DNA of 64,000 bases from Phoronis australis (taxonomy: Eukaryota; Animalia; Phoronida): positions 105,058 to 169,057 of the forward strand of contig NMRA01000500.1 in the NCBI GenBank assembly GCA_002633005.1. The letters are read 5' to 3'. The notes below the pieces were generated by a model, which saw only the letters and a list, made by a program, of their open reading frames with translations, was not told the DNA's origin and ran no database searches. Positions 1-13,867 of this stretch are shown piece by piece (position 1 is the stretch's first letter; each line of letters begins with the position of its first letter). Made by a program: the position numbers and the translations under genes.

Positions 1-266
1 TAGAGTGTACTTACACCTCACGGAGTTCGATTGAACATTAGATTACTAATGTTAGCCAGAAGGAATACACCAGTGACAGCAAATGTCTAGACTTGACCAG
101 GCAAATACACACGTTTTCGGTCACTTTATACTAAGGAAAAATGGGAAACGAGCAACAGGACTTGGACATGGTCGAATAAAATTGATGAATGTACATGTAC
201 TAACTGAATAGCATAGCCTTATTCAATGGATTAGACAGTTACCACCAGCTCTATCTGGCCCCATTA

Positions 267-798
267 TAGGCAATGGCCACCATCTGTGCTGGTGCAGCTA
301 GCAGATACGATGCAGCTCCTGTAGGAGCTTCATACGCCAGAAGCTTTTTGGCGAATTGTGCCTCGCACTGACTGAAACATCGAATTCGTGTTGTTATAAA
401 TACATTTTGCGCATAGAGGAACACCTTAGGAGGTCGTCGAAGTATTTAATTCCTTCCAACTCGAACAGATACTCTCATTCTTAAACTTTTTTCTTCGAGC
501 AGACCCTCATTCAGTTCCCAAAATCGCCATTTTCACACTGCGCACGTTAGGGAATACGTATATCATGCTACCTGCTGGTCGCAGTGTTAAAAATGGGAAG
601 TTACTGATTTTGGTAACTGAAGGGAGACTACTCGAAGAAAAAGTTTGATTACGGGAGTATTTGTTCGAGTTGGACCTCCTAAGGTGTACATCTATGCGCA
701 AAATGTATTTATAACAACACGACTTTGATGTTTTAGTTCGTGCGAGGCATAATTTGCCAAAAATCTTTTGTGCCAGCAGAGACAATGGTCATTGTCTA
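267..798. mobile_element. Non-autonomous foldback/MITE with long imperfect TIRs, TAG...CTA termini (Academ-like)
   Basis: Left end TAGGCAATGGCCAC at 267 and right end ATGGTCATTGTCTA at 798. 340-435 is the imperfect reverse complement of about 672-770. The same left arm recurs at 22963. No clear TSD. Confidence 0.65.
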
Positions 799-949
799 AC
801 CCCAGTAGAGACGGTGAAGCTCCTCTAAGAGTTTCATACATTGAAAGCTTTTTGATGAATAATAATGCCTCACACTGATTAAAACAGCAAATTCATGTTG
901 TCATGCTAGCAAGAATTGAAAGCCTTTGCTATTTACGCATATTTAATTT

Positions 950-1717
950 CAGATGGTGAGCTGTAATACTCCACTGAAAAAGGCAAGGTCAAAGACATGC
1001 ATATTAAGTTGAAAACTGTTATACTCTGACTCTCACGCACACAATGTTAAAAATGCTGCATTAAAGCAGAGGTACTTGGATTTTTTTGCACTCGTTGACA
1101 CTCAATTCAACAATGATTTGCTGGACACCAGGCCTGTGTTTATCTGCAGCTCATGCATTTCGTTTTGTTCAAAACTCAAAACTCACGCAGCTGTAGAAAT
1201 CAGCAAGAATGGTCGTCAACAATCTCATTGCTCAGTCTGAAGATCGACAGAAACATGTACTAATTGATTCTCCATCTGTTTCTAAGAAGAAGCCAACAGA
1301 AGCAAAAATATTGTTAAATTTTGAGTCCGAGTTAGTTGACCGTGGGTATTCAGTATCTGAGGATTATCAACAATCCAACCCTTTCCTCTCAAATAGGACT
1401 CAAGATTCAACTGAAAGTTGATTAATGTTGGTACATCTTTGAATGATCTTTTCAAGACTTCAGACAAAAGTGTGCTTAGACTTCTCATGAGGGACCAGGA
1501 TGACAAGCTGCTTCTTTGGAAAAGTGGACAATCGTCCAAACGGACTACCATCTCTGCTGCTGTGTGTCATTCACTGCATATTGATATGACTAAGAACGAC
1601 TTCACAGTAGCCATAATGTATGGGGTAGCTATTTTTTCAAGAAACCCTCAACTCTGTGATGTACAGAGGCTACTGACTGTGGCGTGCATTCGTCATCAAC
1701 ATTTTTCATTGCAATAG
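950..1717 (+). pseudogene. Degenerate DNA-transposon protein fragment (possibly Academ/DUF6589-type)
   Basis: Broken frames with a CxxC and IFSRNPQLCDVQRLLTVAC, reminiscent of the RN-x-Q helix motif of Academ-related transposases. Resemblance only. Confidence 0.3.
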
Positions 1718-4079
1718 ATGGATCACATTTATAGCTTATAATTGTTTTTGAGTTATAATTTTCAGCAAAGGTGACAAAATTGATGATGCCAATTAGATCA
1801 GTGATATAATGCGTTAAAAACTCTCCAGCAGGCCTCCTAAATTCAGAACACAGAGTGAATTGTTGAAATTCAATTTTGTTTCATCGTGAAATTTGAGGCA
1901 TGAGGAATTTTTATATTTCCGTACTTTCGAATCTGCGAACCCTGTGTTTCAGCATAACAGGTCACAAGAATACTCTTGTAAGTTCATAAAAGTGACTCTC
2001 AAGGCAAATATATTTAAAAAAAATGTTACTTGTCTCCTTGAATTTGTGGCAGACAATTGTGGTAATTTCTAAAAATTGGAACAAGCTCCGACTTTGATCA
2101 AAATATTTATTCACTGTTCCAAACTAAATAATTTTTGCGTAATTAATTTTGAAATTCAGTGTGTAGTTAACTGTAAAACCGATGGATAACTGTTCTTGTT
2201 TATAAAAGGATCTGGTTTAAGAAAAGAAGTTGTACAAGTGATAACAATTTATTATTTCCTTTTTTATCTTAAGTGATGGTGTGGTAGTTTACACCAGCTT
2301 TACTTGATATCGGTATAAATGTCAGTGACGAAAGATAAAAATACTAAGTGACAACAGATATCAATAGTCCATTTCAGTTAATGACTCTGAAGCAGATAAT
2401 AGTGGCAGTACCCGTGTGGTTAAAGAGTCATGACATAATGCTTTTGATTTAAAAATCTTGAGGGACTCTCTGATATGTAAGCTACGAGTGTTTTTCTCAA
2501 AAGAAGCAACTTAAGTCAATGTACAGTATAACACGGGATTACTTTTATATAAACAATTAAAATGTAATAGATTTTGGATTTCCTACATATAGTTAAGGTT
2601 GAGAATGCATGCTTACATGATGTTCTCTGCACATTTGTTGCTTTGATAACACTATCATTGATGGTGTTACTCTGTCAAAAATCAAAAATTAAAGGTCAAT
2701 TTTGACAGTGAAGTCATCAATGAAAATCTTATTTTAATGATATGAATTTCCAACTCTGCCCCACATTTTTTTACTTCAGGGTGATCTAAAAGGGCAGTTA
2801 CGTTCCTTGTTAATTACAGGTTGTCGCGTCTTTTGGGAGGCATTTTTTATTTTTCATTTAGTGCATCTGTGTTGAATAAATGTATGTTTTCAATTGTTTT
2901 TGGCAGCTTTCCCAGATTTCCGTAAAACTTCCAGGCTCTGATTTGGAAATTCTGGGTATTAAAAAAGGCGTAAACATTGGTCTTGTGAAACCTGTCATGA
3001 TACGAATAGATATAATTGAAAATATTTTTGTCTGCATCAAACTCATCATTCTAACACAATGTGTCCCTCGTCGATTAGCACAATTGCCACGTTGGAAGCT
3101 AATTCTTGTTTTCCAAGCGTTTCACGCCGTCACTTGTTGATGTCAGAGCCTCTGGATGAGTACACTAGTTAATAATTAATGCAGAGGACTATGCTGGATA
3201 TTAGCCTTTGGCTAAAGCATGTTTTACATTTATTGTATTTTTATCCTCTTTAAATAAAGTTTATTATTATTACAATTTCCTTAATTATATCACTTATTGG
3301 AACAGTACTACAAAACGTCACCACTAGTTTCTTCATCATCAGTATCATCATCACCAACGTCTCGTGAAAAAATTGCTGCTGTTCTAGTATTGTGATTGGT
3401 GGGCAGCGAAGATCAACTAAAGTTTGGTGAAGTACAGGGCCTTTAAGCAAGCAAATTGCAGTTCAGTGGGAATGTCAATTAGTTGATCTATCAAATGTGC
3501 TTTTTCTGCTGGTTTTATTTCATTTAAATCGCACAGTGAGCGCTTTATGTTCACTTAGTGATAACTAAATCGTTTCAATAATGTTTTTTATTTTGAAATT
3601 GCTTCAGTTAGTACTACAGGTTCCCCAATATCGTCCGCATACGTCGCTATTCTACTCGGGGATTCCATCGAAAGTGCATTCCCCTAGTATGCATGACAGG
3701 GGAGATAAGTCTTTATTGTGATACATAAACGAGTCGACAAATTCCGATTTTTTCCACTACAAGAGTTATAATTCCATTTTTAAGAACCTAGTCCTAACTT
3801 CTACAAAAGTCATTCAAATTACAACACTGACGAATTGTTTTTCTGCGGTTTAATTGGCGCGGATACGAACCGATATGATCTCGCGTGATCTAGCCTCCAC
3901 CCGTTGTTTTTAGCGGTATTTTGTAAATGTGATGTGCCATATGTGACAGACCAGTCGCCAACCGACTAGAGCAACGTCTTTCGTGAAAATGAATCTCTGC
4001 TTTCACAGAAGCAATGACGCCATTATTCACAAGCGACAACAGACTAAATTTTCTGGTGTTATTTCCGACAAGTACGTCG

Positions 4080-4440
4080 TCTGCTAAATATGGTCGGCCG
4101 TTGTGTCGTCACAATACATTAACCACAAACTGAAACAAATACATGTAGATGAGGAAAGTGTTGCCTCCTCTAGGATAGCACGCAAGAAAACGTCGGAGTT
4201 GCAAATCTGTTGTCTATAATATATGACGCCATCGTGAAAATTTTGCTTTATACTTGTACACGTAATGATACATCGTGTTTACCGCGAAGAGCGAATATTG
4301 CGAAAAACAGCGAGAGCGTATACGTATTGGGTACTACAATCGAAACACCATACCACCCTCTCGTTCTCGTTACTCGCAAGTGTCTTGCGTCTACGGAACG
4401 CGCATCAGGTAAACAGAAAACCATATCGTGTTTTCATGCG
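4080..4440 (+). pseudogene. Possible decayed P2X7-tail/KolX-like (Kolobok accessory) ORF remnant
   Basis: Across frames: KCC, QICCL, RKTARAYTYWV, RNTIPPS, PYRVF in the order expected for the Cys-rich P2X7-C-terminal-like domain. Heavily degraded. Confidence 0.25.
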
Positions 4441-5826
4441 CGCACCCAGCCTTCAAAATGGGGGAGCCCGAATTCCTGACGTTATGGACCTTTTGCTAAG
4501 AAAAGAGTGAGCGGTCTAAAAAAACCAAAAAAAAACCACTGTGAATTGCGCGTTTGCGCTTATTTACTGGACTTTTGATCCTCGGACATTCTGTCTGTCG
4601 GGGGCGGACCTTTTTACCCACTTCGCCAAATTGAGGGCCGAGCCCCCCAGGGTGCGCGCAGGGTTTTAATCATGAGCTTTTAATGGAATCCTGATCAAGA
4701 CCGGTGACACATTACTCCGATGCATCTTCGGCTAATTTCGTCAGACTTCATACATCAAGTAGCACAACTTGAATAGTGCCGACTGGCCATTTTATGCGAA
4801 TTTTGTTAAAGCTAAAGGACACTGGTGAAAACAGAACCCTAATCTCCTTGGAAGGTTTAATACGATCAAGTACTTGGTTGTGTATAATACCGGCCATTTT
4901 TAGTTGTCCTGTCGAGTCCGTCTCAGTCTACCTTGACTGATCTTCGTGCCTCAGTTCTCTGGCAAGGCATAATGAATCGATTAAACGTATGGTACAGTAC
5001 ACGGTCTGTTGTTCTAGGCAATAACGAAGGAGGTACATGTATCAACGTGACAGGTATTTTTATTGATGTAAGGTTTATAAATTAAACCCATTATTCAAAT
5101 GCGTCGCCAATGCTTCAAAATCCTTCTTGCTTTGTTTTATTCGATGTATCCAGATTGAAAGTTTCACTACTGAAATCTGGATGTAACTTCCATACGACTA
5201 GCAATTAATAATAATCAATATTCGAAGGGGATTTTTACCGTCTTGTCATTTTTATTTTCAAATTGAAAACAACAAACGAAATAAAGTTTCTTAGCCAGCC
5301 AATTTCGTCTGAGGAGTTGGGGAAATCATGTTTTGTAAGCACTTTCCTCAAATGCTGAAAAAATGGAGTATGGTTGTCTTGTCTACAATTACTACTTATA
5401 AGTGTATGAAACATAACAACATGCGTTCTGTACTATGCAACAAAGCAAAAAGTTTTGTATTTGAAATGTAAAGATATCGATGCTTGCAGTACTTAACATT
5501 ACTTTTATGTTTAGGTAAACTCTGCGTGGAAGGTAATTGGCATGTGTGGTCTAGAACTCCATCCATCCAGGAATGTTCATAATCAGAAAAATTAATCCTG
5601 TTCAGCTGGACTGTATCATACATGTACATGCTAAAAAATTCCTAAGCTCTCGGCAGCGTCCCGTTCCCTTCTAGATGAATGGTTGAATGCTGGCGGGACA
5701 CGCGAGCTTCACATAATACATGTAGCGTTCCAAGGGGTGTACAAGGCGAACCTGCCACGTCCGTGTCTGCTGGGTGATGAATGCTGTCACACAAAAGTTC
5801 ATGTCAGACGATAGTTCCCCGCTTCT

Positions 5827-7331
5827 TAGTCGGTGGGCCAGATTTTGTAGGGCCTCTAGAAAATGGTTTTTGTGAGTACTTTAGGGGGGCAATTTTATTT
5901 TGGTGTTTTTTAATTCATTTATTAGAGTGTTTTCAAAATCTAAAAAGTTCCCACATATAAAGTTGCACATTTTTGAGAAATTTGAGTTTGAAGTTACATA
6001 ATAATCACCAAAGAGCTTAGTAAACTTATATTTGTAAAAACAACAGTTTTGGTGACTTTTTTGTAAAACAAGTAATATGGTCCCATCAGTGCCATTGTAT
6101 TNNNNNNNNNNNNNNNNNNNNNNNNNNNNNNNNNNNNNNNNNNNNNNNNNNNNNNNNNNNNNNNNNNNNNNNNNNNNNNNNNNNNNNNNNNNNNNNNNNN
6201 NNNNNNNNNNNNNNNNNNNNNNNNNNNNNNNNNNNNNNNNNNNNNNNNNNNNNNNNNNNNNNNNNNNNNNNNNNNNNNNNNNNNNNNNNNNNNNNNNNNN
6301 NNNNNNNNNNNNNNNNNNNNNNNNNNNNNNNNNNNNNNNNNNNNNNNNNNNNNNNNNNNNNNNNNNNNNNNNNNNNNNNNNNNNNNNNNNNNNNNNNNNN
6401 NNNNNNNNNNNNNNNNNNNNNNNNNNNNNNNNNNNNNNNNNNNNNNNNNNNNNNNNNNNNNNNNNNNNNNNNNNNNNNNNNNNNNNNNNNNNNNNNNNNN
6501 NNNNNNNNNNNNNNNNNNNNNNNNNNNNNNNNNNNNNNNNNNNNNNNNNNNNNNNNNNNNNNNNNNNNNNNNNNNNNNNNNNNNNNNNNNNNNNNNNNNN
6601 NNNNNNNNNNNNNNNNNNNNNNNNNNNNNNNNNNNNNNNNNNNNNNNNNNNNNNNNNNNNNNNTGTTCAGGTTAATTGGGTGTTTCAGATTTTTGGAAGT
6701 ATAATTGATTTTCTTTGGAAATCTTGGATAACATCTGTATCACTTTCAGCAACTTCAGCTTTAGTACTACTGTTGGTGCCTTGAAACGTTGCTATGCCGT
6801 TCTATGTCCTTTCAATTTTTGGTCTAACACTTGGTCTTCTAGTCTACAGCACTCAGCAGTATACTGTGTAGGTTACTAGGACATGCAGCTGTTTTCTGCA
6901 CAAACGTATGTGACACCTCTTCTTCTTTTTGATCTACTGATCTACAGAATTCCACAGTCAATCCGCTTTCGTCAGGAAGCTTTCCTAAGCTTTTTTAGGC
7001 TCTGACATCACAATTTTGTGCTGTTTGATAAACCTTGAATTATACAGGCATCACAATCCATGGGAGCAGCCATATTGAAGTAACTAAGCACAACAATACA
7101 ATCTGGCTCTCTGATTGGTCAATTCAATAGAAAAGCGCCATCAAGTGGCAGGAATGAGCATCAAATTTTGTGCAACAAAAACACCTTTTTTTAAAAAAAT
7201 GTGCAAGTGTAGACGTGGGAACTTTTTGGAATTTGGTTTATAGGCATATTATCTAGCCACATAGAAAAAACTAGGTTGCCCCCCGAAAGTACTCACAAGG
7301 ATGAACGCTATGAGATCTGGCCCACCGACTA
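5827..7331. mobile_element. Academ-like non-autonomous DNA transposon
   Basis: Perfect 17-bp TIR TAGTCGGTGGGCCAGAT / ATCTGGCCCACCGACTA plus imperfect subterminal inverted blocks (gtgagtact...ggcaa; aaaaagttcccac...ttgcacattttt). A decayed minus-strand ORF start lies near 7075. Spans an N-gap. Confidence 0.75.
6102..6663. other. Assembly gap (N run)
   Basis: Run of N. Confidence 1.
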
Positions 7332-8704
7332 AACCCTGAGGTACCCCCGTGATTACGGTTGAGTAGTCAGAAAGTATACCACCGTATTTGGTGGCCTGTT
7401 TACGGTCTTACAAGTAGTTTGTAAACCAAAGGAGTTCGTTATCATTAACTCCATAAGACTCTAGATGCTTTCCTCAAAAATCGTACATGTATAATATCAT
7501 GAGTTTTACCGTAACGTTTGAATCTATGCAATAGAAAATTTTTGTTATGTTGAACACTGGGTCATTTAAATTCTTTGGGTTACGGCCAGTGGCAAGTTAA
7601 AAAATCCTCTGGGTTTGACAGCCTAGTTTCTTTACGGCGCGTTCTCAGCACAAAAGCACGGTTTACATGTATCTGCAAAAACTCTACTCTGACGGCATGT
7701 AGTTGTCCATGTGTCGCGCGCGCGGCTTGTCTTCAGCGCATGCATGCACTCTCACCGAATCGTTCAACACCACCCACGTTGACGCTCAGCGTCCTCTCGC
7801 AAGACACCTCACCTTACCGACTTCTCTTATACACGCACAGTTTCTGCACTGTCTCCTCAAGCTGAGTGCAGTGATGGCTTCGGTAGCACTTGGCGTACTC
7901 AACTTATTTTTTGACAGATAGACCAACAGGCTCAGGCTCGGAACAGGAGCTGGTTCACCATTTCACTACCAACTTTCACATGGTCAAAAATAGAATTATT
8001 TTATTCTTGGTCTTGCTACAACATCAATATCAGCTGGTACAGCACTCTCGATTGCTCGGTTACGCAATGTTTGTTGACAGGGTTATATTAGAGCTAGTGT
8101 CCTTGTGTATAAGCTCCTCCCCAGTTGTCAGTCACTGAGCTGGTGAGCACTCAAGCCATATGACTTACTGAGGCTTGGTAAAATATAGCTAAAAAAACAA
8201 CTTTGGATTTTCAAAATGATTTTATTTTTCTTCAGTATACTGTGCATCAAGAATTAAAGATTAGGATGACATAAAAATGTAAAAAACAGTCAAAAGTCAT
8301 TTTTTGTGTATCCACCTACCTTAAAAACTTATCACGCACAGAAATTTTTACCACGGTGGCAAAACTCCAGCAACAGACAAGCACCCTTATCACGGACAAT
8401 TTACAACGCAATTGACAAAAGTGTGGTACCGCGTTTGTACAGTGTGACGTCTTCTGACGATCAGTAAACACTACCTTATTCGTCCCTGGTGCCAGTGCCG
8501 GTTTGTCTGTGGGTTTCGAGGTAAGAGTGTGTCATGCGTGGTAAGATTTCTTGGCTTGTGTGGTATGAGTGAGTTTCGTAATAAGAATGTGTGTCCATCC
8601 CTGAACTGTCTTGCATTGCCAAATATTGTCGTAAACAACCTGGGTTGTCAAGCTTAATCCTGACCTAGTTTAACACTCGTAACACTATATGCGTAAGCCA
8701 AAGG

Positions 8705-9065
8705 TCTGGAGCAACATGGAAACCTATTACTAGCAGCGTGTTGCAACATGAAAGCTTATTACCAGCCGCGCGTTGTAACATGAGAGTTATTGCCACCGGC
8801 GCGTTGCAACATGACATCTTATTACTAGCAGTGTGTTGCAATATGACATCTTATTACTAGCAGTGTGTTGCAACATGACATCTTATTACTATCAGTGTGT
8901 TGCAATATGACATCTTATTACTAGCAGTGTGTTGCAATCTGACATCTTATTACCATCAGCGCGTTGCAACATGAGAACTTATTACCATCAGCGCGTTGCA
9001 ACATGACAGCTTATTAATAGCAACGCGTTGCAACATGACAGCTTATTACTAACAGCGCGTTGCAC
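8705..9065. repeat. Minisatellite, ~32-bp unit (TTATTACTAGCAGTGTGTTGCAATATGACATC), ~11 copies
   Basis: Direct tandem copies; TTATTACT recurs at 8819, 8851, 8883 and 8915. Confidence 0.9.
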
Positions 9066-12000
9066 ATAGTGTCTAACTCTCAGTGACATTTTCAGACAAC
9101 CAGATCTTGCACTTTCTGGGAGACAATTGCGGCAAACAATTGACGCGATATCGAAAGCGATAGAAAATTCATTTTTGTTTTAAGAGTATACATCTAGTTA
9201 TACAGATGCACACATATAAAAGGAAATCGAAATTTACGTTCAAGTAGCAAGTATTAAATACCTCACAATTTCAGACTTGATCTATTCTCTTACATAAGTG
9301 ATCTACTTAAGTTTTTTGTCAAATGTCAAGTGATACATTCGGGAGATTTTTATTGTCATTTTTCTGTGTTGATATTAGGATGCTGTTGAATATATTGGTG
9401 ATTTAATTATGTTTCTTGTTGTTCTTATGCTTTTCTTAGGCACTTGGGAGCGGGTAGAAAAAGCAATTTTGAGGTGTATAAAACTGAATATTAAATATAG
9501 ATTAAGCCTTACTTTAGAAGCAGCGGGTTGAGCCGCTCGCCTAAACTGAAATGACATTAGAACATTGTCATCATTTCGCCGGTGCCCTCGTTTTTAGATC
9601 GCCACCCCTTATCGCCAACGGCTGAATTTCTACCTCAAAAACGAGTATTCACAAAAAAGCCTGTCACCGATTATGTTTTGCGATTGTGGATTATACCTTC
9701 TAGGAAAGTTTATTCAGAGCAACCGGCAAAATCTCGTATTATATTTTCATACGTAAAGACTGTACCATTTTGGGTTTAATAATCCATGACTGGATAAAAG
9801 TTATTACAGAGGGATTCTCTTGAAACAGGCTCCAAACTTTCTGTTATTTCTACATGAGTTACGGATTCCAACAGGCCAGCACAATTCTGTAGCCAGCAAA
9901 CGCTGTACATGTAGGTTATTGAGTGCGGCTTACTAAGTTTTTTCGGCGGTGTGTCAACTTCGCTCTCGACGGATGTATTTCATAGAGCAGCACGGTTTTT
10001 AATTTTGAAACGCGCATCGAGATGTGCTTAAATTCTGAGGGTGCACATTTCCAGCCCCTGCTGTAAAAGTGTTTGAATTCAGCCGATGACAGCACTTGGA
10101 GAAGCAGCACACCACAACAGTGTAATTTTCTATAAGACTGTTCTCAGGTTCTTGGACAATTGGACTTTCTTGTCAGCTCAAACTGACCATGGACCCGTTC
10201 CGAAACACCAACTTGAGTTCATTTTTGTTTAAGTCTAAGATTTGTCTTAACCTCCAATTTTTGAAACTTCCCCAGCCGATCATTTTCTAGGAATAGACTT
10301 AACACATCTTAAAATTGTCATAGCTAAGTCAGTGTTCGGACCCTAGCTTTACAAATATTATTTCACACTCCCTCGTGCTTTATTGGATTAAATGCAACAA
10401 CCGTATGGCAAACCGCTGGCACGCTGCCGAACACGTTAAAAAGGTCTAACTTCAGCATATGAAGCTCAAAATACATGTATAAAATTGACAGTCTGAAAAC
10501 TTTGAGTTTCCTACCTCTATTTAAAAATATATTAGCAAAAGTTAAGGGTACTGTTTCGGAAATATCATACTGTATTTTTTTGTTTTTATGCCTGAATAGG
10601 AGTTACTGTAAAGAAAACTTGTTCTGTTAAACTTCGCTTTTTCAATCTCGTGATTATGCATATTGCATAATGGCGACGGGTACAGTGATAATCCAAAGCT
10701 ACCAAATCTCAGATATAAACCAATGGCTCAAAGGTGAAACAGTGCATTTTCTGGACACGTTTTTTAAAGTATGACGTTAATCGGGCCGTTGCTCAAGTAT
10801 AAGACCAGTCTTAATTTTTCGTGTTAAATGCTATGCATTCATGGGGTACAGAATTACTAGTATGCTGGATTTTACCGTAAAACGTTCAATAGTCCTGGGT
10901 ATTTTTGAGACACGTTGCCTCACGAGTTATAATAAGTTATCATTCCGAAATATGACAGAAAACCACAGACGAAAAATGGGCCGTGGGCGCTTTCTTGGAA
11001 ACGAGAAACGACAACGAACAATTTTTGGGCAACTAAAATGGTGTTATGTTTGGTTGGTTGGTCTGATGAATGAAAAAAACGAACGACGCCGCAAAACTGA
11101 CATGGACTCTGAAATTATTCAAAGGCTTGGCGAGGTACATGTACACTTGTCGGCTGGGTATACGGTGCCACAGCTGAGAAAGCGGGCACACAGACCCGTA
11201 TGTCCACGCTCAGATCTAGGAAGCTATTCTCTTCGTACGGGTGCACATTCTACATGTATGCTTCCGCCCAAACTTTTTGCCTCCCACGAATATATTTCTT
11301 CATCAGCCTTGCCCCCGCACATCATTCCCAGCCAGGCGAGAAGCGTGACGGAACCGGGGTATATACGTCTGTCACACAGGAATAGCGTCACTGAGAGGAA
11401 TTTCGTACGCGGCGAGAGACGTCTTGGTACCATGTACGTTGGGATCACACGCAGTGGAAGTGTGTAGCCTGTTAGGTCTCGCAAGATTTTTCATCTCCAA
11501 TATACCCCATACAGGCTCATGCGCCTTATCTCAGCAATTATGCGCATTTCCCACTAAGGCGCATACGCTCAGTTGCTAGGTTTTACGGTATAAGACGACA
11601 TTTTTACAAATACTGTATGGATCTTTTACTTTATCAGGGGTGCAAAATGAACTATAGATTCATGATATTAGTCTCATATTTATCAATTTCTCGAATTGCC
11701 GACCCTTTCCATTGTTGAGCTTAAACTTGCTTATTTTTAAATTGCAACCTGTCTTTTTATGAAACTTTCCATCACAGTAATTAGAATATTCCATTGACAC
11801 AATTTACGTTGTTGTGACAAATTGGGCTGCTGTGACAATTTGGTGTGCTGTGACAATTTGTACTATAGTACAGACTCATATTGGGCAAATTGTCACAATT
11901 TTGAAGCTGTGGCACCTTGGGACGGTTTGACAATTTGGACCTTTACACTGCACACCCTTTCGAATTACACTGCTTTAGTACACGTATACTTATAACGATT

Positions 12001-12220
12001 CATTGCGTACAAATAAGAACAAAATAGCAAACAAGCTGTGGTTCATGTGCTCTCTAGAATCTTTATTAAGTTCGAAAGTAGGGATGCCTGACATTCCCAA
12101 TGTTTTGGCTTGCACAGAGCCAACTGCGCACTGGATGGTGGAAAGAGACTACGATGTTTGGGGATACAAAGGCAAACATAAGAAATTTGCAAGAAGATAA
12201 AAAGAGGACACAGCACGAAC

Positions 12221-12438
12221 ACACGGAGTGGACGGCAATGTACACCATAACACACGGAGTGGACGGCAATGTACACCATAACACACGGAGTGGACGGCAA
12301 TATACACCATAACACACGGAGTGGACGGCAATATACACCATAACACACGGAGTGGACGGCAATATACACCATAACACACGGAGTGGACGGCAATATACAC
12401 CATAACACACGGAGTGGACGGCAATATACACCATAACA
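12221..12438. repeat. Minisatellite, 31-bp unit (ACACGGAGTGGACGGCAATATACACCATAAC), 7 copies
   Basis: Near-identical tandem copies; these produce the repetitive spurious ORFs in the track. Confidence 0.95.
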
Positions 12439-12494
12439 TATGTGGATGCACAGTCATTACAAGGTAGTAATTTAAAAAAATTAAGAATACGAAC

Positions 12495-12730
12495 CATTGG
12501 AAAACATGCCAACGCCTTATTAAAAACAAGTACATAGGCTTGAGGCACAATTTCCAAATCTGTTTTCCAAACCTAATCTTGAAGGCGTAGTAGACAAAGC
12601 AGAAAACTGTTAGGCATGTGACCCACAATAGCCAAATTGACCCATCGTCTCCGAACTTGTAAGTCATGGCTCCGATGAAATAGGCGGCATAGCACATTGA
12701 AATAAAGACGTAAACACATCTCCAGATGTT
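12495..12730 (-). pseudogene. SLC28 duplicate exon 3 (open, 236 nt)
   Basis: [29 protein letters not shown]...WHVFQW; same length and splice sites as 56418-56653. Confidence 0.85.
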
Positions 12731-13225
12731 CTGAAAATGTACGATAACCTTTAAAGATGTATTTGTATGCTTCTAACTATGGTAATGAATAGCAGGAACT
12801 AAACGACAATGATATTTGAACATCATCTACGCTAAAAAATAGTGCAACTGTATTCATTGACAACTTGTAAATTTGAAAACAAAAAAACCTGCAAATAGGT
12901 GACCTTTGCACTAATGACGTACCTTAACCCGCATCATGCATTTTTATTCTCCAACACCACGTCGCGATTCTGATTTACGTCGGATCATTTTCGACGAAAA
13001 ACTCGTTCTTAAAGACATTTGGCGATTTTTAACCTACTTCATCTTCACATCGTTGCTATTTGTTGTGTTTCTAACTAATTTGACCAAGCAAACACAGACA
13101 TAAGGAAATAGCGTGCGAGTTCCACTTTAAAAAATAAAATATCTGAACATTAAATGGTAATAAATAGAAACGTTAGGAATATCAAGTATTTAAAAATACA
13201 TTTCACAAGAGGCTGAACTACTTAC

Positions 13226-13373
13226 ATCTTTGTTGTCGGTGTAAAACCTTGACAGGCCGCTTTGTATGCTTCCAATGCCTCTCTGACAACTCAGCGTCCT
13301 CGTGTTGTTGCCATTCAATAGTGCCTGTAGCGTTCATCGGAATGATAACGTGAGTGCCATCTGTTGGCTGCTC
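13226..13373 (-). pseudogene. SLC28 duplicate exon 2 (frameshifted)
   Basis: Aligns to 56817-56987 but lacks the 17 nt CGGTTGGGATCCTCCCA and another 6 nt. Confidence 0.85.
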
Positions 13374-13867
13374 CTTAAAATGAAGTGAGCATACATTTGG
13401 TGGAAATCAAGACACAAACGCACTTTGATATATACTCTGCCGCTATCATTCTTTCCTGCCTGGAAATTCCATTTTTCAACAATACTGACAGAAGCATCCA
13501 TGCTTCGGTGATACTTAGTGTCAACATTCCCAGTAACTGTTTCATACCAATAGGCGTGACACCTATCGGTGTTAGACTGGTGTCACTTTCCTTATATTTA
13601 ACGTGATCTTCAGGTTTGAGAACAACTTGTAAATTATTGTTGCTCGGAAATGGTAAGGTAATGCTGCACGTCCATCAAGGTCTGCTCCTCCACAATTTTA
13701 ATTGTAACACAAACTACTACATAATTGTACGTTTTGCTGAATCTCGCCAGTTGCTCTCCATTATACAAACGTAAGAGACGGTGTGCCATTTAGCAGTATA
13801 AAGTCCAGAGTAGATAGCTATTACGGAATGTGGTGACAGACTTGTTAATGTAATTCCACTTATTCAT

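Noticed and set aside
6077-6784. Long ORFs at 6077-6784 and 37713-38877
   Set aside because: Artefacts of translating N-gaps.
10841-11467. 208-aa ORF as a gene
   Set aside because: No recognisable domain, splice structure or coding-like composition; probably lies in an unclassified repeat.
12043-12557. Repetitive Cys-rich ORFs (also 15535-15805, 21258-21473, 22081-22439)
   Set aside because: They are translations of mini/microsatellites and are open in several frames.
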